Shown here: positions 49,328 through 58,394 of the stretch, one piece after another
Numbering within the stretch: the stretch's first letter is position 1
Layout of the letters: the number at the start of each line of letters is the position of its first letter
Origin: a bacterium
Lineage (GTDB): Bacteria; SAR324; XYD2-FULL-50-16; G965216635
DNA: 64,000 nucleotides
NCBI GenBank assembly: GCA_965216635.1
Contig: OZ244188.1
Coordinates: forward strand, 1,952,001-2,016,000
Reading direction: 5' to 3'
Program-made: the position numbers and the translations under genes
Notes under the pieces: model-generated
Database searches by the model: none
What the model was told of the DNA's origin: nothing
What the model saw: only the letters and a program-made list of their open reading frames with translations

Positions 49328-50181
49328 CAGAACAAACCAAAGGATTGCTGATAACTCTTGCAGGGGTATTTATACTCACCCCTGATAGTTTTGTGATCCG
49401 TTTAGTGCAACTAGATTCTTGGACTCTTACTTTTTGGAGAGGGATTTTTATTTCTTTTTGGGTAGGCTTGACCTTGCTTGTATTTTTTAGAAAATCTACT
49501 TTGCAGCAATTTCGTGAAATAAAAAAACTAGATATGCTGCTTTCGGTTTTGTTTGCTATTGGAACTTTTGGTTTTGTTTTCGCCATTAAAAATACAGGCA
49601 TTGCCAAAGTGCTTATTATTTTAAGCACCTCTCCCGTATTTACCGCTCTTTTCGGTTATATTTTTTTAAAGGAAAAAATTTCTCTTCGCACTGCAATGGC
49701 TATGCTAGCCATAGTAGGAGCTTTTTTTCTAATGTTTTCGGATAGTTTTCAAGCAAATAGTTGGTGGGGTGATATTGCAGCCTTGCTTTGCGGAATCAAT
49801 CTAGCTGTAATGTTCACTATTGCCAGACATAAGAAGAAAAATATGCTAGCTCCCTTGTTTCTTTCTGGTTTTTTTGTAGTGTTTTTCACTTTTCCTTTTG
49901 CAGAATTGGAAAAAACAACCACCCAAGATCTTTTTCTTTGCGCTCTATTAGGGTTTATTTTAGGGATTTCTTTTGTGCTTTTAACCTTAGGACCTAAATA
50001 TATTAAAGCAGCTGAAGTGAACTTGCTTATGCTACTAGAAACAGTGCTTGGTTCTTTTTTAGCTTGGATTATTTTAAAAGAAATACCTGGTAATAAAGTG
50101 ATTATAGGTGGGGTTGTTATTTTACTCGCTCTCATAGTGTCTTTTAGTCCCATAAAAAAACGAAGGTCTTCAAAAGTATAA
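49324..50181 (+). CDS. DMT/EamA family transporter
   Basis: About 10 TM, two EamA repeats (SPVFTAL..YIFLKE; LLET.L...W..LKE). Confidence 0.88.
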   Translation: MTEQTKGLLITLAGVFILTPDSFVIRLVQLDSWTLTFWRGIFISFWVGLTLLVFFRKSTLQQFREIKKLDMLLSVLFAIGTFGFVFAIKNTGIAKVLIILSTSPVFTALFGYIFLKEKISLRTAMAMLAIVGAFFLMFSDSFQANSWWGDIAALLCGINLAVMFTIARHKKKNMLAPLFLSGFFVVFFTFPFAELEKTTTQDLFLCALLGFILGISFVLLTLGPKYIKAAEVNLLMLLETVLGSFLAWIILKEIPGNKVIIGGVVILLALIVSFSPIKKRRSSKV

Positions 50182-50297
50182 AATTCATAGCTAACGGTTT
50201 GTTTTGACTGCTAAATCAAAATAAAAGTTATATTTTTAAGTAAAATAACTAAAAATAACCTATTTTCTAATCCTATTATCAGTACCTCACAAACCTT

Positions 50298-50627
50298 ATG
50301 ATTGCCTATTTCTATCTTTTTGCAGCTATAATTTTAGAAGTTATTGCCACTACAGCTTTAAAATTTTCGGAGCAGTTCACCAAACCTATTCCTGTTGTCG
50401 TGATGGTGGTGTTTTATCTGACTTCTTTTTATTTCTTTACTCTTGTGCTGAAATATCTGCCACTAGGTGTGGCGGAGGCTCTTTGGTCTGGGCTTGGGCT
50501 TATTTTGATTGTGATTATAGGTGCTGTGCAGTTTAAAGAAATTCCAGATTTAGCTGCTATTCTTGGAATACTGCTTATTATTGTTGGGATTGCTGTGATT
50601 CATTTTTTCTCTAAAACTATTCATTAA
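50298..50627 (+). CDS. SMR family small multidrug efflux protein
   Basis: 109 aa, 4 TM, AIILEVIAT..LK, LPLGVA..LWSG.G. Confidence 0.9.
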   Translation: MIAYFYLFAAIILEVIATTALKFSEQFTKPIPVVVMVVFYLTSFYFFTLVLKYLPLGVAEALWSGLGLILIVIIGAVQFKEIPDLAAILGILLIIVGIAVIHFFSKTIH

Positions 50628-50687
50628 TAGCCCCAATGCAAAAAACAAATGCGTTGCGGGGAGGTATTTTTTATTTTATGTAGGTCT

Positions 50688-51052
50688 GTAGAGACGTCCT
50701 ATATGGGCGTCTCATAAATTTAGAACGTTTATTAAAATATGTAGGTCTGTAGAGACGTCCTATATGGGCGTCTCTTAACGTTTATTAAAAACAGCTTTTT
50801 GTGGTTTATGCACATCGTATAAGACGCCCTATATGGGCGTCTCATAAATTTAGAACGTTTATTAAAATATGTAGGTCTGTAGAGACGTCCTATATGGGCG
50901 TCTCTTAACGTTTATTAAAAACAGCTTTTTGTGGTTTATGCACATCATATAAGACGCCCTGTAGGGCGTCTCATAAATTTAGAACGTTTATTAAAAACAG
51001 CTTTTTGTGGTTTATGCACATCATATAAGACGTCCTATATGGGCGTCTCTAC
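50688..51052. repeat. REP-like hairpin array (6 hairpins, mosaic of two linker types)
   Basis: AGACG(T/C)CCT..GGGCGTCT hairpins near 50688, 50749, 50822, 50879, 50952 and 51028. Confidence 0.9.
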
Positions 51053-51094
51053 ATGTTATGCTATTATAAAAATGTTCCCTGTAGTTTTTTTTTC

Positions 51095-52438
51095 CTAAAA
51101 ACTCAAATGGAAGGAGATGCTGATGACGAGGGGTGCTTTGAGTTCGGCTTCGGTTTCGGTGGTTGTTTCTGTTGTTCCTTCTGTTGTTGTGGTTTCAGTG
51201 CCAGTCTCAATAGTTTCTCTGTAAGTAACAGTTCTGCTTCCAACTTGGGTTGCTTCTGTTCTCTTATCACTACTCGGTATGTAGCTTATGTTTATGGTTT
51301 TAGTGTTATCAGAACGGTCAGAAGTAATAAAGGTACCAAGCACTACGGATCCTCCTGTTATTGTCTGTTCATCGGTCAAGCGGTTTGTTGTAGTATTGGC
51401 AGGATTGAAAGTGGGATCGGAAGTATAGGGAGTAGTTGTCGGAGCTGTGCTACTTTTTAGAGAAACCCCCGAAATATACTTCGTCAAGCCAAAATTAAGC
51501 GATAGGTTAGAGGTTAATTTCTGCTTATAGCCGATTTGCACCACTGGACTTGTGGCAGAGCCACTGGCGGAGCCATTGGTAAGCGTCATACTCGCTAGAC
51601 CGCCTCCTACAAAAAAATCCTTGTTTAAAAAATAATCCGCCATAACTAGTGTATTGGCGAGCTCGTTATCTCCCCCCTTGCCAGTAAAGTGCGTCAAGGA
51701 GGCTCTCCATTTTTCCCCTCGCCAGCCGAATTGCAGACCAATACCTGAGATTTTATCGCTCTTGTTGGTTGTTGTTGTCAATCTATCTGTGTCTGTTGTT
51801 GATATTATTGAACCCTGCATATTCCCTGAGGGAACTGGATAATCATCAAAAGAAGCCTCGGTAGGGTTGAAAACAGTAGAAGTAAAGTGATCACGACATG
51901 CATTAAAAGTCCATTCCTCTATCCCATCATTGTCAGTTGCGCGGTTTCCTACCACAGCTCTTGTGCCTACATCAAAGAAATTTATTGTTGTTCTTGGAAA
52001 AGAATAGATTCCATTGGCATCAGCAGTTGCTGCTCCTGTTTCACAGTTTTTTGCTATAAGAGCTTCTATTCCAGCTTTTAGATCAGGACTAGCATCAAAG
52101 ACAGAAGCAGCTGTTGCGTCTATTCTAGTGGTGATAGCTGAATAGGTAACATTAGGATCATAGGATGTTCTGGTAGCATCAGCAATACTATTAATAGCAT
52201 TAGTGACTCTAGTGGTTTTAGTGCTGCTATCCACTTTAAAACCATTTAGATAGACAAAACCAGCGAAAAATCCCTGCTTGCTACTACCATTCGCTTGTGC
52301 TTGCAGATTGCTGCCTCCAAAAGTAAAGGCACTTCCTATAAGAAGAGCAGGAATAAGAATAGCCGCCAAAACGAAACGAGCCAGAGTAAAACGAACCGCA
52401 AAAGTTTTCCTTAAAACTTGGGAATTTGTGTTTTTCAT
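51095..52438 (-). CDS. Variable outer-membrane beta-barrel protein, paralog 3
   Basis: Same constant blocks and C-terminal ISFHLSF. Confidence 0.8.
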   Translation of the reverse strand: MKNTNSQVLRKTFAVRFTLARFVLAAILIPALLIGSAFTFGGSNLQAQANGSSKQGFFAGFVYLNGFKVDSSTKTTRVTNAINSIADATRTSYDPNVTYSAITTRIDATAASVFDASPDLKAGIEALIAKNCETGAATADANGIYSFPRTTINFFDVGTRAVVGNRATDNDGIEEWTFNACRDHFTSTVFNPTEASFDDYPVPSGNMQGSIISTTDTDRLTTTTNKSDKISGIGLQFGWRGEKWRASLTHFTGKGGDNELANTLVMADYFLNKDFFVGGGLASMTLTNGSASGSATSPVVQIGYKQKLTSNLSLNFGLTKYISGVSLKSSTAPTTTPYTSDPTFNPANTTTNRLTDEQTITGGSVVLGTFITSDRSDNTKTINISYIPSSDKRTEATQVGSRTVTYRETIETGTETTTTEGTTETTTETEAELKAPLVISISFHLSF

Positions 52439-52526
52439 AATTATTTGTAATTAAAAGTTAGTATTAAAATAAAAATTAACATAAAAAAACAATAATAGCA
52501 AACTATTGGTTGTTGGCAGTTTTTTA

Positions 52527-52666
52527 TAGACCTTTGAATTTGCGTTATGTGACGGCTAGGCAAGGCAAAAAAAAATTTTAGCTCGCAGGAATATATGTAA
52601 TATTTCAAGAGTTAAAATTTTTTTTTAACGCTGCATAGGCTAAACAGAACGCTAATTCAAAAGTTT
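52527..52666. mobile_element. Modular MITE-like element (E15) inserted upstream of paralog 3
   Basis: TAGACCTTTGAATTTGCG ... CGCTAATTCAAAAGTTT; homologous upstream regions of the other paralogs lack it. Confidence 0.85.
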
Positions 52667-52775
52667 TTTATTTTTTCTGCTTATTTTTATAAAATAATTA
52701 CAGAAAAACACTTTAAAAGCAAATAAAAAAAAACAAATGCGTTGCGGGGAGGTGTTTTTTATTTTATGTAGGTCT

Positions 52776-53185
52776 GTAGAGACGTCCTATATGGGCGTCT
52801 CATAAATTTAGAACGTTTATTAAAATATGTAGGTCTGTAGAGACGTCCTATATGGGCGTCTTATAAATTTAGAACGTTTATTAAAATATGTAGGTCTGTA
52901 GAGACGTCCTATATGGGCGTCTCATAAATTTAGAACGTTTATTAAAATATGTAGGTCTGTAGAGACGTCCTATATGGGCGTCTCATAAATTTAGAACGTT
53001 TATTAAAATATGTAGGTCTGTAGAGACGTCCTATATGGGCGTCTCATAAATTTAGAACGTTTATTAAAATATGTAGGTCTGTAGAGACGTCCTATATGGG
53101 CGTCTCATAAATTTAGAACGTTTATTAAAAACAGCTTTTTGTGGTTTATGCACATCGTATAAGACGCCCTGTAGGGCGTCTCTAC
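52776..53185. repeat. REP-like array: six 61-bp tandem units plus a terminal inverted hairpin
   Basis: GTAGAGACGTCCTATATGGGCGTCT at 52776, 52837, 52898, 52959, 53020 and 53081; ends GGGCGTCTCTAC. Confidence 0.95.
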
Positions 53186-53222
53186 ATGTTATGCTATAAA
53201 ATTCCCTGCAGTTTTTTTTTTC

Positions 53223-54623
53223 TTAAAAACTCAAGTGGAAGGAGATGCTGATGACGAGGGGTGCTTTGAGCTCGGCATTGGTCTCTGTGGTTGTGGTTGT
53301 CTGAGTTTCTGAGGCTCCTGCTGGAATCTGGAATTTGTTTATATATACAGTTCTGCTGAGGACTTGGGTTACTTCTATTCTGCGATCAGAATCAAGACCT
53401 TCGTAATAGAAGCTGGTTACACCAGAAGGAACCCCCACCTTTTGGTGTCCCAATGTTGCTGAATCACCCCGTACAGTCTTTGTTTTTTCAAAAGAGTCTA
53501 ACACAATGGGAGTAGTAGTATTAGCAGCAGTATTATTAGTAGTGACACTACTTTTTAGAGAAACCCCCGAGATATACTTCGTCAAGCCAAAATTAAGCGA
53601 TAGGTTGGGGGTCAAGTTTCGCTTATAGCCGATCTGAATCGCGGGACTTGTGGTAGAGGCGCTAGTAGAACCATTGGCAGAATTGGTAAGCTTCATACTC
53701 GCTAGACCGCCTCCTACAAAAAAATCCTCGTTAAAAAAATAATCCGCCATAACTAGTGTATTGGCGAGATCGTTATCTCCCCCCTTGCCAGTAAAGTGAG
53801 TCAAGGAGGCTCTCCATTTTTCCCACCTAAAGCCGAATTGCAGACCAATACCTGAGAGTTTATCGCTCTTGCTGGTGGTTGTTCTTGGAACCGCATGTAC
53901 AGAAGTTGGAGTTAAAACTGAATCTGGAGTCGCAATCTGATAGTCTGGAATAGAGGTCCTGTCGGAGGAAAGATCACCGAAAAAGTATCTATAACAATAG
54001 GATTTTTCTTCCATTGTTCCTACAGAAAATAAATTATCAGAAGCATCTGCGGGAGTTACAGTATTAGCTAAATCCTGTTTTTCACCAGAATCAAAGGAGT
54101 TAAAATAGAGAAGACTAAAAAAGTATTCTTTAGGATTTCCCACTTCACCTGTATCAACACTTGTTTCTCCTCTTTCACAGTTTGCTTCTACTAAAGTTCT
54201 GATTCCAGTTGCTATTGCTCCTGTTGAACCTCCAGTCCAATAAGGATTCCCGCCGGTTGCGTCTATACTAGAGATTGTCACATATCCGCCATCGGGACGA
54301 TCTACAGCGATTCTATAGCCTGTAGTAGTAGCGTCAGTGATGGTTGTGATATTTGTGGTGACAAGTTTTGTGGTATCTACTTTAAAACCATTCAGATAGA
54401 CAAAACCAGCGAAAAATCCCTGTTTACTGCTCTGACCATTTGGGCTTCCATTCGCTTGGGCTTGCAGCTTGCTGCCTCCAAAAGTAAAGGCACTTCCTAT
54501 AAGAAGAGCGGGAATAAGAATAGCAGACAAAACGAAACGAACCAAAGTAAAACGAACTAAAGTAAAACGAACGTGCGAAAAAGCGAAAGTTTTCCTTAAA
54601 ACTTGAGAATTTATGTTTTTCAT
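53223..54623 (-). CDS. Variable outer-membrane beta-barrel protein, paralog 4
   Basis: Start at MKNINSQ; same constant blocks. Confidence 0.8.
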   Translation of the reverse strand: MKNINSQVLRKTFAFSHVRFTLVRFTLVRFVLSAILIPALLIGSAFTFGGSKLQAQANGSPNGQSSKQGFFAGFVYLNGFKVDTTKLVTTNITTITDATTTGYRIAVDRPDGGYVTISSIDATGGNPYWTGGSTGAIATGIRTLVEANCERGETSVDTGEVGNPKEYFFSLLYFNSFDSGEKQDLANTVTPADASDNLFSVGTMEEKSYCYRYFFGDLSSDRTSIPDYQIATPDSVLTPTSVHAVPRTTTSKSDKLSGIGLQFGFRWEKWRASLTHFTGKGGDNDLANTLVMADYFFNEDFFVGGGLASMKLTNSANGSTSASTTSPAIQIGYKRNLTPNLSLNFGLTKYISGVSLKSSVTTNNTAANTTTPIVLDSFEKTKTVRGDSATLGHQKVGVPSGVTSFYYEGLDSDRRIEVTQVLSRTVYINKFQIPAGASETQTTTTTETNAELKAPLVISISFHLSF

Positions 54624-54825
54624 AATCGTGTAGATAATTAAATTTAGGTTAAATAACAAAACTTCATAAAGACTACCAGAAAAAAAAATAATAGCAAACT
54701 TTTGGCTATTGGCATCTTTTTATTTTTTCTGCTTATTTTTTATTAGAATTACAGAAAAACACTTTAAAAGCAAATAAAAAAAACAAATACATTGCAGGGA
54801 GGTATTTTTTATTTTATGTAGGTCT

Positions 54826-55235
54826 GTAGAGACGTCCTATATGGGCGTCTCATAAATTTAGAACGTTTATTAAAATATGTAGGTCTGTAGAGACGTCCTA
54901 TATGGGCGTCTTATAAATTTAGAACGTTTATTAAAATATGTAGGTCTGTAGAGACGTCCTATATGGGCGTCTCATAAATTTAGAACGTTTATTAAAATAT
55001 GTAGGTCTGTAGAGACGTCCTATATGGGCGTCTCATAAATTTAGAACGTTTATTAAAATATGTAGGTCTGTAGAGACGTCCTATATGGGCGTCTCATAAA
55101 TTTAGAACGTTTATTAAAATATGTAGGTCTGTAGAGACGTCCTATATGGGCGTCTCATAAATTTAGAACGTTTATTAAAAACAGCTTTTTGTGGTTTATG
55201 CACATCGTATAAGACGCCCTGTAGGGCGTCTCTAC
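54826..55235. repeat. REP-like array: six 61-bp tandem units plus a terminal inverted hairpin
   Basis: Units at 54826, 54887, 54948, 55009, 55070 and 55131; copy of 52776..53185. Confidence 0.95.
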
Positions 55236-55271
55236 ATGTTATGCTATAAAATTCCCTGCAGTTTTTTTTTC

Positions 55272-56654
55272 TTAAAAACTCAAGTGGAAGGAGATGCTGA
55301 TGACGAGGGGTGCTTTGAGTTCGGCATCGGTTTCTGTGGTTGTTTCTGTTGTTTCTTCTGTTGTGGTTTCAGTGCCAGTCTCAATAGTTTTCTCGAAATC
55401 AACGGGTCTGCTTTTAACTTGGGTAACGGAAGCTCTAAAATCCTGGGATTCGTTTATGCGATACACAGAATAGTTCTTTTTCCCCCCACCTTCTAGCTCA
55501 AATTGAACCTCTCTATGTCCTATAAATATTAATGTTTCTTCTTTCTGTGTAGTGCTACCGCTGGTTGTAGGACCTTCTAAATTGAGATCGGGAGCAGAAA
55601 TATAGGAAGTATTTGTCGGAGCTGTGCTATTTTTTAGAGAAACCCCCGAGATATACTTCGTCAAGCCAAAATTAAGCGACAGGTTGGAGGTTAAGTTCTG
55701 CTTATAGCCGATCTGAATCGCGGGACTAATAGCAGATTCACTGGTAGAGCCATTGGTAGAATTAGTAAGCTTCATACTCGCTAGACCGCCTCCTACAAAA
55801 AAATCCTTGTTTACAAAATAATCCGCCATTACCAATGTATTGGCGAGCTCGTTAGCTCCCCCCTTGCCAGTAAAGTGAGTCAAGGAGGCTCTCCATTTTT
55901 CCCACCTAAAGCCGAATTGCAGACCAATACCTGAGAGTTTATCGCTCTCGTTAGTTGGTGTTGATGCGGTTGTTTGTGGTGTTGTTGTTGTTATTGAACC
56001 TCGCACTATATCATCTGTGGTCACTGTAAAATTATCCAACAAGGTTATAGTATCAAGGTGATTTTTACACGCATTAGAGGTCAAAAAAGGGGCACCGCTA
56101 CTATCGGTTTTTGTGACGCTATCAGAAGTGCCTACATCAAAGCTATTCAAATTAGTCCTTGTAAGAGAATACTTTCCATCGGTTGTTGCTCCTGTTTCAC
56201 AGTTTGCTACTACAACTTTTGCTATTCCGAGTTTCACATTATTAATATAATTAAGGTGGATAAATTTAACGTCTATGCTACTAGTAGTGATAATTGGCGA
56301 ATATCCAATAAATTTATATGATGTTCTGGTAGCATCAGCAATACTATTAATAGCATTAGTGACTCTAGTGGTTTTAGTGCTGCTATCCACTTTAAAACCA
56401 TTTAGATAGACAAAACCAGCGAAAAATCCCAGCTTGCTACTACCATTCGCTTGGGCTTGCAGCTTGCTGTCTCCAAAAGTAAAGGCACTTCCTATAAGAA
56501 GAGCAGGAATAAGAATAGCCGCCAAAACGAAACGAGCCAGAGTAAAACGAACCAAAGTAAAACGAACCAAAACGAAACGAGCCAAAGTAAAACGAGCCAA
56601 AGTAAAACGAACAGCTGAAGTTTTCCTTAAAACTTGGGAATTTATGTTTTTCAT
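55272..56654 (-). CDS. Variable outer-membrane beta-barrel protein, paralog 5
   Basis: Same constant blocks; six RF(T/V)L(A/V) repeats in the signal peptide. Confidence 0.8.
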   Translation of the reverse strand: MKNINSQVLRKTSAVRFTLARFTLARFVLVRFTLVRFTLARFVLAAILIPALLIGSAFTFGDSKLQAQANGSSKLGFFAGFVYLNGFKVDSSTKTTRVTNAINSIADATRTSYKFIGYSPIITTSSIDVKFIHLNYINNVKLGIAKVVVANCETGATTDGKYSLTRTNLNSFDVGTSDSVTKTDSSGAPFLTSNACKNHLDTITLLDNFTVTTDDIVRGSITTTTPQTTASTPTNESDKLSGIGLQFGFRWEKWRASLTHFTGKGGANELANTLVMADYFVNKDFFVGGGLASMKLTNSTNGSTSESAISPAIQIGYKQNLTSNLSLNFGLTKYISGVSLKNSTAPTNTSYISAPDLNLEGPTTSGSTTQKEETLIFIGHREVQFELEGGGKKNYSVYRINESQDFRASVTQVKSRPVDFEKTIETGTETTTEETTETTTETDAELKAPLVISISFHLSF

Positions 56655-56939
56655 AATCGTAGATAATTAGAATTTAGGTTAAATAACAAAACTTCATAAA
56701 GACTAACAGAAAAAAAAAATAATAGCAAACTTTTTATTGGTTATTGGCATCTTTTTATCTTTTCTGAATATTTCTTATAAAGAATAATTATAAAAAAACA
56801 CCTTCTTGTCAAGCTATTTATTGGCTATTGGCAGTTTATTTTTCTTTTTGGGCTGTTTTTTACAAAAAATAATAAAACTTGTTTTTTTTGAAAAAATATT
56901 GAATATTTTAGACAAGAATTTTGTTTTAAGACTATTTTC

Positions 56940-57105
56940 TACATAAAACACTGATACTTGTTGAATTAGCCAAACTCAAAGATCTAAAGTATTTACATAA
57001 AACACTGATACTTGTTGAATTAGCCAAATTCAAAGGTCTCAAGTATTTACATAAAACACTGATACTTGTTGAATTAGCCAAACTCAAAGATCTAAAGTAT
57101 TTACA
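56940..57105. repeat. 54-bp tandem repeat x3 containing fused MITE termini
   Basis: tacataaaacactgatacttgttgaattagccaaa(c/t)tcaaag(a/g)tct.aagtatt at 56940, 56994 and 57048. Confidence 0.9.
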
Positions 57106-57144
57106 AAAGTATTTAGATGAGTTTATGTTTAGATATAATCTTTA

Positions 57145-57177
57145 TAGACCTTTGAATTTGGCAAATTCAAAAGTCTA
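57145..57177. mobile_element. 33-bp TIR-only MITE (E16)
   Basis: TAGACCTTTGAATTTG-G-CAAATTCAAAAGTCTA. Confidence 0.75.
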
Positions 57178-57233
57178 TTTATCTCAAAAGTGATAAAAAT
57201 CCCTTATATTAAACTAAAACTTCCTAAAACAAA

Positions 57234-58394
57234 ATGAAAAAAAATTGGAAATTTACTACCCGAGCAGTACATATCGGAAGTGAGATTGATGAGACTACAG
57301 GAGCTGTTATTCCTCCGATTTACCAAACTAGTACTTTCGCCCAAAAATCTCCGGGTGAACATAAAGGCTATGAATACACTCGTACCCATAATCCAACACG
57401 GACTCGTTTAGAGCGATGCTTGGCTACTTTAGAAAATGCAAAATACGCTTTAGTTACAGCCTCTTGCTTGTCGGCTACTGATTTGATTCTGCATAGCCTT
57501 CCCAAAAATTCAAATGTGCTTTCTAGTGATGATATTTATGGTGGAACTTTTCGCCAGTTTGAAACCGTCTACAAAGAAAATCTCAATTTTTCTTACCTGG
57601 ATATGAGTGATTTAGAACAAGTAAAGCGGGCTATAACAGAAAAAAAACCTTCCTTGATTTGGTTAGAAAGCCTAACTAACCCTTTATTAAAAATTTGCGA
57701 TTTTAGAAAAATAGAGTCTCTTAAAAAAGACGCCAAAAATGAGGCTTTAATTGTGGTAGATAATACAATGCTCAGTCCTTATTTTTGCAATCCGCTGGGT
57801 TTAGGGGCAGATATAGTAATTCACTCAGCAACCAAATTTATTAACGGGCATAGCGATGCAATTGCAGGTGCTTTAATGACGAACAACCAAGAAGTTTACG
57901 AAAAACTTTTTACACTGCAAAATGCGGTAGGTCCTTGCCATTCTCCTTTTGATTCTTGGCTTGTTTTAAGAGGAGTCAAAACCCTTGCTTTAAGGATGGA
58001 AAGATCTCAAGCGAATGCAATAAAAATTGCCGAGTATTTACAAACGCATCCGAAAGTAGAGAAAACAATTTATCCCGCACTTTCAAGTCATCCTCAGCAT
58101 CTTTTGGCAAAAGAAATGTTGAGTGGATTTGGGGCTATGATTAGTTTTTTTCTTAAAGGAGGTTTGAAGGAAAGCCGTCAGTTTTTATCTAGCTGCAAAT
58201 TATTTACACTCGCAGAAAGTTTAGGGGGAGTGGAAAGTCTTATTGAGCACCCTGCTATTATGACTCACGCATCCATCCCTAAAGCAGAAAGAGAAAAACT
58301 AGGTATAGCCGATAATTTCATTAGAATTTCTGTTGGCATTGAAGATGCTGAAGATTTGATTGAGGATTTAGAATCTGCTTTTAAAACTATTTAG
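57234..58394 (+). CDS. Cystathionine gamma-synthase/gamma-lyase (Cys/Met PLP enzyme)
   Basis: PPIYQTSTF, YEYTRTHNPT, VVDNT, HSATKFINGHSD, LAESLGGVESL. Confidence 0.93.
   Translation: MKKNWKFTTRAVHIGSEIDETTGAVIPPIYQTSTFAQKSPGEHKGYEYTRTHNPTRTRLERCLATLENAKYALVTASCLSATDLILHSLPKNSNVLSSDDIYGGTFRQFETVYKENLNFSYLDMSDLEQVKRAITEKKPSLIWLESLTNPLLKICDFRKIESLKKDAKNEALIVVDNTMLSPYFCNPLGLGADIVIHSATKFINGHSDAIAGALMTNNQEVYEKLFTLQNAVGPCHSPFDSWLVLRGVKTLALRMERSQANAIKIAEYLQTHPKVEKTIYPALSSHPQHLLAKEMLSGFGAMISFFLKGGLKESRQFLSSCKLFTLAESLGGVESLIEHPAIMTHASIPKAEREKLGIADNFIRISVGIEDAEDLIEDLESAFKTI

Noticed and set aside
50688..55235. CRISPR array (palindromic repeat with 61-bp period)
   Set aside because: The intervening sequences are identical rather than unique spacers, and no cas genes are present; better explained as REP-like tandem arrays.
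16473..56654. Diversity-generating retroelement acting on the barrel genes
   Set aside because: No reverse transcriptase or template repeat in the window; differences include indels and all base types rather than adenine-specific substitutions.
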